Positions 1 through 9,539 of a stretch of DNA of 64,000 nt are shown piece after piece (positions within the stretch are counted from its first letter, which is position 1; every line of letters begins with the position of its first letter). A program made the position numbers and the translations under genes. The notes under the pieces are model-generated. The model did not search any database and was not told the DNA's origin. It worked only from the letters and a program-made list of their open reading frames with translations. Source of the DNA: an uncultured delta proteobacterium (GTDB taxonomy: Bacteria > Desulfobacterota > Binatia > UBA9968); NCBI GenBank assembly GCA_963847445.1, contig CAWJZV010000046.1, positions 96,001-160,000 of the forward strand, read 5' to 3'.

Positions 1-81
1 CTTGGGCGTGGGCGGACCGGACGAATCCGGCGGATAGGACGAATAGGGCAAATAGCAGACGACTAATCATTAGCAGACCGA

Positions 82-1261
82 TCAGGACGAGCTAAGCCGG
101 AAAAACTCCATGGCGTTGCCGCAGGTCATTTTGTGTTTGTCATCCGCCGGCACACCGGCGAAGTTTTTGTCGATGATCTTGAGCGAGTCGGGCCAGTCGG
201 ACTCTTGATGCGGGAAGTCGGAGCCCCACATCAGCCGGTCGACGTTGATCTTGTCGCGCAGTTCGACACCGACGCGGTCAAACTGAAAGCCCCAGTAGTA
301 GTATTCGCGGATGTATTCGCTGGGCGGGCGCTCGAGCGGTTTGAAGCCCAGCAGCCGTTCGGCCCAGCGGTGATGGCGGTCGTAACGCACGTCGGCGCCT
401 TGCAGGAAAAATGGAATCCAGCCGATCTGATTCTCGGCGAAGAACACACGAAGCTTCGGAAAGCGGTCGAAGAGGCCGGACAACACCCACTGCACGGCGG
501 CGATCGAGCCGTTGCCGCGCATCGGGCCGAAACGGCCCACCTGGTCGACCAGATCGTGGGTCAATTTTTTCATGATCTCTGCGGATTCTATCGGGTACTT
601 GAACAGCGGCTCTTTGCGTTCTCCGGTGCGGTCCAAGTCGACGTGGACGCTCACCGGCATGTTCAGTTCCAGTGTGCGCGCCCAGAAACGGTCGTCAGCA
701 TCACAGGGGTAGGCGTTGCCGCTGGGAAATCCTTGGAGCAAGACGGTCTTGAAGCCTGCCTTGCTGCAATATTCCAATTCGTCGATGACGTCGTTCAGTT
801 GGCAGCCCAACGGCAGGATGCCGACGCCGATCAGACGTTGAGAATTCACAGCGCAGTATTCTTCGGCGAGCCAGCTGTTGTAGGCGCGCACCAGCGCTTT
901 GTAAGCGTCGTTGTCTTCGACGCGGCGCCAAAACTTAGGACCGCCCTGCTGCGATGGGAACAGTACCTCGGCATCGATGCCGTCGCGCTCCTGCTCGGCG
1001 ATGCGCTGTTCGGGCTGCCGGTGCCGGGTGTGCCTTCATAGCGGCCGTCGAATGGGACGTAGGCGTCGCGACCTTTGCCACCGTAAAGATCGGCGGCGCG
1101 GCGGCGCGTTTGATCTTGTCGCCGATCATCCACATATCGCTGCCGTCGGCTTGGCGCACCAAGCGCGGTGCCTGGTCGCGATACTTGGCCGGCACGCGGC
1201 CGAGCCAATGTTTCGAGTCGATTTCCAAATGTGAGTCGCCGGAGATGTAACGGTACTGCAT
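82..1261 (-). CDS. Amidohydrolase family 2 metallo-hydrolase/decarboxylase (frameshifted across ORFs 935..1297, 846..1208 and 82..891)
   Basis: N-terminal ISGDSHLE metal motif, central VSVHV, FFAENQIGWIP and C-terminal MWGSDFPH. The pieces join through frameshifts near 900-1080. Confidence 0.85.
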
Positions 1262-1667
1262 GGTGGCCTCGATTACCTCGAAGGCGATACTAGCCAAATC
1301 CGGTCATGCTGCCAAGTGGGCGGCGGCGTGAAAGATGGCTGGACAATTCGAAGTTATCATTGGGATAGAGCTAAAATTGCGCGTTCACGCTAAGGCTGAA
1401 ATAGTTTTTTGACTTGGGAGTTGATGACGGAGTAGGAGAGACACCAAGGCGCGACGAACGAGTTGTACGAGTGCGAAGAGCGCGTTCACCAGTAAAACCT
1501 AGTTCAAGGCGGCGCGTGTATCTGTGTCGGCGAACTTCGAGAGGGAGTAATGGTGGAATTGTGGCAAACGATCCTGTGGTCGGTTGTCGTTTACGCGAAT
1601 CATCGACGCGCTTTTCCCGAGAATGAGAAAATTTCCTATGAAAATGCCGGTTTTAGCCGATTTGCGA

Positions 1668-1683
1668 TGGCATCGGTGTTGCG
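1668..1683 (+). promoter_or_regulatory. Putative sigma-54 (-24/-12) promoter of tctCBA
   Basis: TGGCATCGGTGTTGCG fits TGGCA-N6-TTGC with exact GG-N10-GC spacing, about 95 bp upstream of the tctC ATG. Confidence 0.55.
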
Positions 1684-1777
1684 CTACTCCTTGGTAGATT
1701 TGAGGGATAATCGCTGTAAGCTCGTCTAACCTTGTGCCGGCAAAATTTGACCGCGGCAATTCTAAGGAGGAGAGATT

Positions 1778-2752
1778 ATGAGAACCAAGCTGTTTAGTAT
1801 CGTTGCAGGGATTGCGCTGCTGGGTATAGCTCCGCTGAACGCCCAGGAATACCCGAACAAGGTTATTAGCATGGTGGTACCGTTCGCCGCAGGTGGCCCG
1901 ACGGATACTGTGGCGCGGCTGATCGGCGTGCCGATGACCAAGACCCTTAAGCAACAGGTCATTGTAGAGAATGTCGGCGGCGCCGGCGGAACAATCGCCG
2001 CGAACCGAGTCGCGAAAGCACCACCCGATGGCTACACGATTCTTATACACCATATCGGCATGTCCACCGCGCCCGCCCTTTATCGCAAGCTGCCTTATAA
2101 CCCAATGACCGACTTCGAGCCCATCGGCTTGATCAACGAAGTGCCGATGACGCTGGTGGCGAAAAAGGACTTTCCGGCCAAGGATCTGAAGGAGCTGATC
2201 GCTTATGTTAAAGCCAACAAGGAGAAGGTCAATTACGCCAACGCCGGCCTCGGCGCCGCCTCGCATCTGTGCGGGATGATCTTCATGAGCGCGATCCAGA
2301 CAGACGTCACTACCGTTCCTTATAGCGGAACGGCCCCAGCCATGAATGATCTGCTCGGCGGCCAGGTGGACTTCATGTGCGATCAGACTACGAACACGAC
2401 CAGTCAAATCAAAGCGGGAAAGATCAACGTCTATGGCGTGACGACTAAGAAACGTGTGGCTTCGTTGCCCAATGTCCCGACCATGGACGAAGCGGGGTTG
2501 AAAGGCTTCGAGGTTTCAATCTGGCATGCTCTCTACGCGCCGAAGGGTACGCCGAAGCCGGTTATCGATAAGCTTACCAATGCGCTGCAGGATGCCATGA
2601 AAGATTCGACGGTGAAGCAGCGTTTCGCCGACCTGGGCACCGAACCCGTGGCGCTAAACCGAGCCACCCCCGCGGCGTTGAGCGCGCATCTCAAAGCAGA
2701 GATCGACAGATGGGGGCCAATTATCAAGAAGGCTGGAGTTTATGCCGACTAA
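1778..2752 (+). CDS. tctC: Tripartite tricarboxylate transporter substrate-binding protein (Bug/TctC)
   Basis: Signal peptide, VPFAAGGPTD, VENVGGAGGTI, PPDGYTIL, VPYSGTAPA motifs; RBS GGAGGAG. Confidence 0.92.
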   Translation: MRTKLFSIVAGIALLGIAPLNAQEYPNKVISMVVPFAAGGPTDTVARLIGVPMTKTLKQQVIVENVGGAGGTIAANRVAKAPPDGYTILIHHIGMSTAPALYRKLPYNPMTDFEPIGLINEVPMTLVAKKDFPAKDLKELIAYVKANKEKVNYANAGLGAASHLCGMIFMSAIQTDVTTVPYSGTAPAMNDLLGGQVDFMCDQTTNTTSQIKAGKINVYGVTTKKRVASLPNVPTMDEAGLKGFEVSIWHALYAPKGTPKPVIDKLTNALQDAMKDSTVKQRFADLGTEPVALNRATPAALSAHLKAEIDRWGPIIKKAGVYAD

Positions 2753-2779
2753 TTCTGGCGTTGATAAAATTGCAATTTT

Positions 2780-2810
2780 AAAGGCCGGGCTTCGTCCCGG
2801 CCTTTTTTTT
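2780..2810 (+). terminator. Rho-independent terminator between tctC and tctB
   Basis: AAAGGCCGGG-cttcgt-CCCGGCCTTT stem-loop followed by a T run. Confidence 0.85.
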
Positions 2811-2896
2811 GCTTCTTTTCATCGTCGGTCTGTTGTACAAGGCGCATTATCGACTTTGTCCACTAGAGAACCATTGGTAGCAGTTTGAAAACTCTT

Positions 2897-3349
2897 ATGA
2901 CGCGCAATCCCAAAGATTTCTGGACCGGCTTGCTCTATATCTTCTTTGGCGTGAGCGCGATTATCATAGGTCGCGATTACAACATGGGAACGGCCCTCAG
3001 AATGGGCCCAGCTTTTTTCCCCACTATTCTCGGCGCGGTGCTCGCCGTCATCGGCGCGATTGCAGTGATTCGATCCTTTATCACGCCTGGCACGCCGATC
3101 GGTGCGGTTTCGTTCAAGGGGCTGGTGCTGGTCACGCTGTCGGTCGTCGCCTTTGGCTTCCTTGTGCGCGGCGCGGGATTGGTGGTCGCCCTGCCGCTGC
3201 TCGTGATCATCAGCGCGTACGCGAGCACGCGTTTCCGATGGCGCTCGGCGCTTATCATGGCGGCGGGTCTGACGATCTTTTGCGCCTTGGTCTTTGTCAA
3301 AGGCTTGGGTATACCGCTGCCGATCATCGGTCCCTGGTTGGGCAGTTGA
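2897..3349 (+). CDS. tctB: TTT small membrane subunit TctB
   Basis: Four TM segments, MGTALRMGPAFFP motif, C-terminal FVKGLGIPLP; lies between tctC and tctA. Confidence 0.85.
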   Translation: MTRNPKDFWTGLLYIFFGVSAIIIGRDYNMGTALRMGPAFFPTILGAVLAVIGAIAVIRSFITPGTPIGAVSFKGLVLVTLSVVAFGFLVRGAGLVVALPLLVIISAYASTRFRWRSALIMAAGLTIFCALVFVKGLGIPLPIIGPWLGS

Positions 3350-3380
3350 CGGCGATCGTCAGAAACGGGGCGGACAACGA

Positions 3381-4881
3381 ATGGAATTACTCGATCATCT
3401 GCTGCTGGGGTTTCAGACCGCCGGGACACTCAGCAATTTGTTTTACTGCTTCATCGGCGTTTTTCTCGGCACAGCGATTGGTGTGCTACCTGGCCTCGGC
3501 CCTACAGCCACCATCGCCATGCTGCTGCCGGTTACTTTCGTATTGCCGCCGGTGACCGCGCTCATCATGCTGGCGGGCATCTATTACGGTTCGCAGTACG
3601 GCGGCTCGACGACTTCGATTCTCGTCAATCTTCCCGGCGAAGCCGCGTCGGTAGTTACGACGCTGGACGGTTACCAGATGGCGAAGCAAGGCAGGGCGGG
3701 AGCGGCGCTTGCGGCGTCAGCGCTCGGGTCGTTTTTCGCCGGAACTGTCGCGACATTTCTGATTGCCGCCTTCGGCCCGCCGCTGGCCGCTGTCGCGTTG
3801 CAATTCGGGCCGGCGGAATTTTTCTCGCTGATGGTCCTCGGCCTGGTGGCTTCCGTGGTGCTGGCGCAAGGCTCGTTGCTCCATGCCATCGGCATCGTCG
3901 TGCTCGGCCTGCTCTTGGGTCTCATCGGCGCCGATGTCAATTCCGGCACTCAGCGCTTTACATTTGGTATGTATGAGCTTGCCGACGGCATCGGTTTCGT
4001 CACCGTGGCAATGGGAATGTTCGGCCTGGGCGAAATTATTCGCAATCTCGAAAACGAAGCAGGCCGCTCCGTGATGCTCACTAAAATCACCGGACTCTGG
4101 CCCACGCGTGAGGAGCTCAAGCGCATGGTTGCACCGATTCTACGCGGCACGGTGATCGGCTCGGCGTTGGGCATTCTTCCCGGCAGCGGCTCGATCTTGG
4201 GTTCCTTCGCGGCTTATTCCATCGAAAAGAAAATCTCCAAGCATCGCGCCGAGTTCGGCAAAGGCGCGATCGAAGGCGTCGCCGCACCGGAGGCAGCTAA
4301 TAACGCCGGCGCGCAAACCTCTTTTATTCCACTGCTGACTTTAGGGATTCCGTCCAATCCGGTCAGTGGCCCTGATGGTCGGAGCCATGATTGTCCACGG
4401 CATTCAGCCCGGACCGTCGGTGATCAACGAACAACCGGCGCTTTTTTGGGGCATGATCGTGTCGATGTGGATCGGCAACCTATTTCTGGTGGTTCTTAAC
4501 TGCCCGCTGATCGGCATGTGGGTGCGCATGATCATGATTCCCTACCACCTACTATTTCCGGGAATTCTGGTCTTCTGCGCCATCGGTGTGTTCAGTCTTA
4601 AAAATGCGACCTTCGATATATATTTGATGGCCCTGTTCGGCATCGTCGGCTATGTTTTCTCCAAACTCGGCGCCGAACCGGCGCCGATGTTGCTGGCATT
4701 CATCCTTGGGCCATTGATGGAAGAGTATCTGCGCCGCGCCATGCTGCTCTCCCGCGGCGACCCGATGGTTTTTTTGCGCCGTCCGATCAGCGCGACCTTG
4801 CTCGCGCTCGCCGCGTTGGCGATGCTCTCTGTCCTGCTGCCGTCGTTCAGTAAGACCCGGAAAGAAGCGTTTAAGGAATAA
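3381..4881 (+). CDS. tctA: TTT large permease TctA (one frameshift near 4365)
   Basis: GVLPGLG, GIYYGSQYGGS, PEAANNA, LGIPSN motifs; C-terminal half is in ORF 4366..4881. Confidence 0.9.
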
Positions 4882-4964
4882 ACGCCAGTCCGCTGCTGTA
4901 TGTTTGACAGCGCGGGCCGCTTGCTGTTAGAGACCAGTCATAGTTCGGTCTGGGAAGCTTTGAA

Positions 4965-5774
4965 ATGAGACTGCGAGATAAAATCGCCTTGGTCACCAGC
5001 GCGCAACACTCTTGCGCTCGCGCCATCGCCTTGGGATTTGCCCGAGAAGGCGCAGATTGCGTCGTCGTCGATGAAGACGCGAGTCGCGCGGAACAGCTCG
5101 CCGCCGAAGTTCGCGCCCTCGGCCGGCGCGCACTGCCCCTCCAGTTCGATGTCACCAAGAAACCTCAGGTCGAGGAAGGTGTCAGGCGCGCGGTTGTTGA
5201 GTTTGGCCGCATCGATATACTGCTCAACTGTTCGGGCGTGAACCATCAAAGTGATTTCTTAACTTTCACCGAAGAAGCATTCAATCGCTGCATCGATCGT
5301 GGGCCCAAAGCCTACTTTCTTGGTGCGCAGGCCGTCGGCAAGCAGATGGCCGGGCAGCGCTCCGGCAAGATTATCAATCTTTCGACCACCGACGCGCGCG
5401 TAGGATCGGGCGAGTCGACGGGCAATAGCGCGGCCTACTCCAGTATCGATTCGATGACGCGCGCGATCGCACAGGCGCTGGGATTTTATGGCGTTAACGT
5501 GAACTCGCTGGTCTGCGGACCGATGGATTATTCTGCCGCGGCTGCCGACGAAGCCGCAGAGCGCCTGCGGCGCATTCCCATGGGCCGATTAGGCAAACCT
5601 GAAGATCTTGTCGGCGCGGCGATCTTTTTGGCCACGGATGATTCGAATTTTGTCGCCGGCGAGACTCTCTACGTCGACGCCGGCTATTCCAATGCCGCCG
5701 TAACCGAAGACAGTTTTCGGCCCGCATGGGGACGCACCTGGGGAAAATTCGAGGTTCCATCTCAGAACAAGTGA
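4965..5774 (+). CDS. Atypical SDR-family oxidoreductase
   Basis: SDR fold (KIALVT, FGRIDIL, GRLGKPEDL, GETLYVDAG), but the Gly-rich and YxxxK motifs are degenerate. Confidence 0.8.
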   Translation: MRLRDKIALVTSAQHSCARAIALGFAREGADCVVVDEDASRAEQLAAEVRALGRRALPLQFDVTKKPQVEEGVRRAVVEFGRIDILLNCSGVNHQSDFLTFTEEAFNRCIDRGPKAYFLGAQAVGKQMAGQRSGKIINLSTTDARVGSGESTGNSAAYSSIDSMTRAIAQALGFYGVNVNSLVCGPMDYSAAAADEAAERLRRIPMGRLGKPEDLVGAAIFLATDDSNFVAGETLYVDAGYSNAAVTEDSFRPAWGRTWGKFEVPSQNK

Positions 5775-5802
5775 CCGAAGTGTTTTCAGGGGGATCAACT
5801 TT

Positions 5803-6693
5803 ATGGGAATTAAATTCAAGGAAGTGAACACGCTGTCGTTCATCGGCAATATCGGCCCCAAGACCGAGCGCGTGTGGAAGGAAGTGGATGAGGAAATCGA
5901 CATTATCGGTTGCAAAGAAAAATTCGACCGGCGTTGCCAACTGATCGCGCCTCTGAATTTACTGGCAAAGGATCTTCCCGGCGACGGCGATACCAAACAG
6001 ATGCCGATCTTTGTCAACGACGATGTGCGCATCGAATTGATGCATTGCCGCTCGTCGAAGGGGACCGATGGACACAGGCCGGCGGGATTTTGCGAAACGC
6101 AGATTCAAGTGCAGAACAAACGCGTGACCAGGACATCCGAAGGCGACTTCGAGCTTACCGAAGGCGACGTCCTCGTGGTGCCGCCGGAAATAAGCCATGA
6201 AAATAACGGCGACGGCCCAACCACGCGGTTGGTCGTGTATACACGAAAACCGGTTCAGATCGCCCAAACCTATCCCGTCAAAGAGAGCGTTGTGCCGAAC
6301 AAACGGTGCACATTGTTAAAACCAACGACGGTGCTCGACAAAGTCGAAGAAGGCGGCTCCGGCGGCAAGCATTTCGAGCTGGTGGAGAACGCCGACATCA
6401 TGATCGAAACCACGCACCGCTCGGATGCACAGAGAATCTATCACCGGGGTTTCGGCCAAGATGAAGTTGCGTTCCAACTGTCCGGCCGGCGCGCGACACT
6501 GACCAGCCAGGGAGAATATATGTTGGAGACCGGCGACTTTTTGCTGATTCCGCCGGGAACCTCGCACCGCAATATCGGCGACATGACGACGATCCGGATC
6601 ATTCTTTACACCAGAAAGCCGTTGCGCTTGGCGGACGAATTTGTCGAGCGCTCCAAACGGGCGGGACAGCCGATCGGTTGTGGTTCGGTTTGA
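5803..6693 (+). CDS. Bicupin metalloprotein, possible dioxygenase
   Basis: Two cupin repeats: H..E..GDVLVVPPEISH and YH..DE..QLSG..GDFLLIPPGTSH. Confidence 0.7.
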   Translation: MGIKFKEVNTLSFIGNIGPKTERVWKEVDEEIDIIGCKEKFDRRCQLIAPLNLLAKDLPGDGDTKQMPIFVNDDVRIELMHCRSSKGTDGHRPAGFCETQIQVQNKRVTRTSEGDFELTEGDVLVVPPEISHENNGDGPTTRLVVYTRKPVQIAQTYPVKESVVPNKRCTLLKPTTVLDKVEEGGSGGKHFELVENADIMIETTHRSDAQRIYHRGFGQDEVAFQLSGRRATLTSQGEYMLETGDFLLIPPGTSHRNIGDMTTIRIILYTRKPLRLADEFVERSKRAGQPIGCGSV

Positions 6694-6711
6694 TTTCAAC
6701 GCCGCATCGAC

Positions 6712-6737
6712 GTCGGGGCAGGCCTACCTGCCTGCCC
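6712..6737 (+). repeat. REP-like short palindrome
   Basis: GTCG followed by GGGCAGGC-ctacct-GCCTGCCC hairpin, intergenic. Confidence 0.45.
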
Positions 6738-6784
6738 TCCGAAGGGTTGCCACACGATCCGATGATCGGACATTGTGACGTCTA

Positions 6785-7765
6785 ATGAATAGAAAAACCT
6801 GCTGTTGCCTCGTTCTATGGCTGGCCAGCGCGTTATGCCCATCGAGTGCTCGCGCCGCTGAGAGCATCCGAGTCTCTTACGCCACGCTCAGCGCCGCTTA
6901 CATGGATCATATTATCGCGATGGACAAAGGCTACCTGCGCGAGGAGGGGTTGAATGTCGAGGTAATTCGCGCCCCGGGTGGTGTGGCGACTCCGGGTCTT
7001 TTGTCGGGACAGTTTCATTTCAGCAGTTCGGCGAGCTCGTCGTTGAGCGCCGCCGTGCGCGGCGGCCCGGTAAAAATTGTCTATACCAATCTCTCCAGGC
7101 CTAGCTACACCCTGGTTTCGATAAAACCGGAGATCACCTCCGCGAAAGAGTTGGTCGGAAAAAAAATCGCCATCAATAGCTTCGGCGATACCGGCCATCT
7201 ATCGACGATTCTCTATCTGAAGAAGATGGGCGTTAATCCCGCGTCGGTGCTTTTCATCGCGGTCGGCAGAAACGAAGTGCGTTTTCCCGCTCTTCGTATG
7301 GGTGCCATCGACGCGGCTCCGCTGGTGCCGCGTGACATGGTAGTTATAAAGGATCAAAAACACGTCGTCCTCGCCGATTTGGGTAAAGAGATCCAGTTAG
7401 TGTGGAACGGCGTTGCCGTCTCCACCAAGCAGCTGGCCGAAAACCCCCAACTGGTAGAGCGATTCCTGCGTAGCTTGGCAAAGGGCCGTGAGTTCGCCCG
7501 GCGCTTCCGCGACGAGACTATTTCGCTCATTAGCAAGCGCGATCCTTCTCCTTTGGAAGCCATCAAGGTCGATTACGAAGTGACCAAAGCGAGCATGACC
7601 GAAGACGGATCGTTGCCCGACGATGTTCTAATACAGGAAATTGCGACGCGGGCCGAACTGACTAAAGTCGCCACTCCACCGAACATATCGACCGCGTTCG
7701 ATTACACGATTACGAGAAAAAACTACGCCCAGCTGAAAGCAGCCGGCTGGCAGCCGGTTCGGTGA
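6785..7765 (+). CDS. ABC-type substrate-binding protein, NMT1/SsuA family
   Basis: Signal peptide, KGYLREEGLNVE, LVGKKIAI, ENPQLVERFLR. Confidence 0.85.
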   Translation: MNRKTCCCLVLWLASALCPSSARAAESIRVSYATLSAAYMDHIIAMDKGYLREEGLNVEVIRAPGGVATPGLLSGQFHFSSSASSSLSAAVRGGPVKIVYTNLSRPSYTLVSIKPEITSAKELVGKKIAINSFGDTGHLSTILYLKKMGVNPASVLFIAVGRNEVRFPALRMGAIDAAPLVPRDMVVIKDQKHVVLADLGKEIQLVWNGVAVSTKQLAENPQLVERFLRSLAKGREFARRFRDETISLISKRDPSPLEAIKVDYEVTKASMTEDGSLPDDVLIQEIATRAELTKVATPPNISTAFDYTITRKNYAQLKAAGWQPVR

Positions 7766-7769
7766 AACA

Positions 7770-8561
7770 ATGAAGCTCGCAGGAAAAATAGCCATCGTCA
7801 CGGGCTGCAACGGCGAATTCGGTTCGGCCATCGTGCCCGGATTTGCCGTTGAGGGTTGTGATGTCGCATGCGTGGATTTCAAGCAGAGTGACGCCGATGC
7901 CGCCGCCGAAAAAGTCCGGCAAAAAGGCCGGCGCGCGTTGGCGATCGCCATCGATCTAAGAAAGCGCAGCGAAATTGACGCGATGGTCAAGCAAGTTGTC
8001 GATCAGTTCGGGCGCGTCGATATTCTTGTCAACACAACCATGGCCTCGCACAACCAGGAGTTTTTGAATTTTAAGGAAGAAGACTTTGACGATTCGCTCA
8101 GCCGCGGCGTGAAGAGTTATTTTCTAACCTGCCAAGCTGCCGCCCGGCAGATGGTGCAGCAGCGCTACGGCAAAATCATCAATCTGAGCTCCATCGTCGG
8201 CGTGCTCGGTCCCGGCCAGGCGGCGTCATGGACCGCGGACCGCGGCGCGGTCAACGGGTTGACCCGCGCGGCGGCGCATGCGCTGGGATTTTACGGCATC
8301 AATGTGAATGCGGTGGCGCGCGGCAACACGGCGCGCAAGCCTTACAGCGCCGGCGTTCTCGAGCGAGTCCGCAGGTTGCCTCTGGGAAGGACGGAAACCG
8401 CTCAGGACATGGTCGAGCCCTGTGTCTTTCTAGCTTCCGACGGCGCCAGTTACGTGACCGGGACAATTCTTTACGTCGATGGCGGTTATACGGTCGCCGG
8501 CGTCACCGATGACCGTTATCGTCCTGAGTGGGCACGCGCCGGCGCCGAGGAAAAGGAATAA
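7770..8561 (+). CDS. Atypical SDR-family oxidoreductase (paralog of 4965..5774)
   Basis: KIAIVTG, FGRVDILVN, TGTILYVDGG; the catalytic position reads WTADR instead of YxxxK. Confidence 0.8.
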   Translation: MKLAGKIAIVTGCNGEFGSAIVPGFAVEGCDVACVDFKQSDADAAAEKVRQKGRRALAIAIDLRKRSEIDAMVKQVVDQFGRVDILVNTTMASHNQEFLNFKEEDFDDSLSRGVKSYFLTCQAAARQMVQQRYGKIINLSSIVGVLGPGQAASWTADRGAVNGLTRAAAHALGFYGINVNAVARGNTARKPYSAGVLERVRRLPLGRTETAQDMVEPCVFLASDGASYVTGTILYVDGGYTVAGVTDDRYRPEWARAGAEEKE

Positions 8562-8570
8562 TTCAGCGCA

Positions 8571-9539
8571 TCACACGGATTCGCCGGCCGACGCGCTCTC
8601 GGCAAACAAATCTTTGATTTCAAGTTTTCTGTCCGTCACGCCTGCCCACTCGGCATAACGCGTCATCGTCTCCAACACGACCCGGTTGTCTTTGATATTG
8701 TAGGGCCATGCGTCATCGCCGAAGAGCTCTCTCTCTTCTTCCAATTCGGCGCCGTACCAAGCGAGAAAAGATCGCCGGGTGTCGCTGACATGTTTGATGC
8801 CGATCTCCTTGGCCTTGGCAAAAGCTTCGACGAGACTGCGCGCTACCCACGGGTGGCGTTCGAGTATCGCATTCTTTACCACCACGACATGGCGTATCGG
8901 GAAGATCTTCGTGCGCAGATAATATTTCTTTTCCACGTCGCGGAAATTGGGCCACAAGCGGCCCACTCCGGTCGTGTTGCGGGCGAGTTTGAAGCTAATT
9001 TCAGGCAGCATGCAGGCGTCAATTTCACCTCGCAGCAAAAGTTCCTCGACTTTTTGCCCGTTCGGAATGCGCTCGATTTCCATCCAATCCGGCGGTTGCC
9101 AGCCGGGAACTTGTTCCTGCTGATTGGTGCGAATTCTCAGTGATCGCGCCGGCACGCCGTATTCTTCCTGCAGCACGCCGCGCATCCAGAGCGATACCGG
9201 ATTGAAGTGGGCGCGCATGCCGATAATTTTTCCAGCGAGGTCTGCGGGTTTCTCAATACCACTTGCAGCATGGACGAGCACGTTGCCGTGGCAAAACTTG
9301 CGGTGCGGAAACACCGGGATCGCCGTGAACGGCGCGCCACGGGCCATCCAGCCGAGAAACACACCCATCTGGAGCTCGCATACGTCGAATTCCAGATCGC
9401 GGGAGAACCGTCTGTGGCGCTCTTCGGACGGCAGCGAGACAACGTTTAAATCGATACCTTCGGCCTTAACGGTCCCATCGACCAAAAAGCGCGTTCGATC
9501 GTATTCGTTGCACGATAAGGTGAGGCGCAGCGGTTCCAT
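8571..9539 (-). CDS. 4,5-dihydroxyphthalate decarboxylase-like protein (SBP fold)
   Basis: YDRTRFLVDGTVKAEGIDL, FDVCEL, AIPVFPHRKF, IFPIRHVVVV, DAWPY motifs of the Pht5/OphC family; no signal peptide. Confidence 0.8.
   Translation of the reverse strand: MEPLRLTLSCNEYDRTRFLVDGTVKAEGIDLNVVSLPSEERHRRFSRDLEFDVCELQMGVFLGWMARGAPFTAIPVFPHRKFCHGNVLVHAASGIEKPADLAGKIIGMRAHFNPVSLWMRGVLQEEYGVPARSLRIRTNQQEQVPGWQPPDWMEIERIPNGQKVEELLLRGEIDACMLPEISFKLARNTTGVGRLWPNFRDVEKKYYLRTKIFPIRHVVVVKNAILERHPWVARSLVEAFAKAKEIGIKHVSDTRRSFLAWYGAELEEERELFGDDAWPYNIKDNRVVLETMTRYAEWAGVTDRKLEIKDLFAESASAGESV

Noticed and set aside
32-80. Weak 9-nt periodicity (ATAGGACGA ATAGGGCAA ATAGCAGAC) after the first gene
   Set aside because: Too degenerate, and no opposite arm is visible at the window edge.
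133-1041. Long antisense ORFs (also 1499..2407, 11820..12689, 19539..20339, 37185..38114, 40546..41460, 59127..60080, 62652..63533)
   Set aside because: They are shadows of well-supported genes on the opposite strand in GC-rich DNA and have no motifs of their own.
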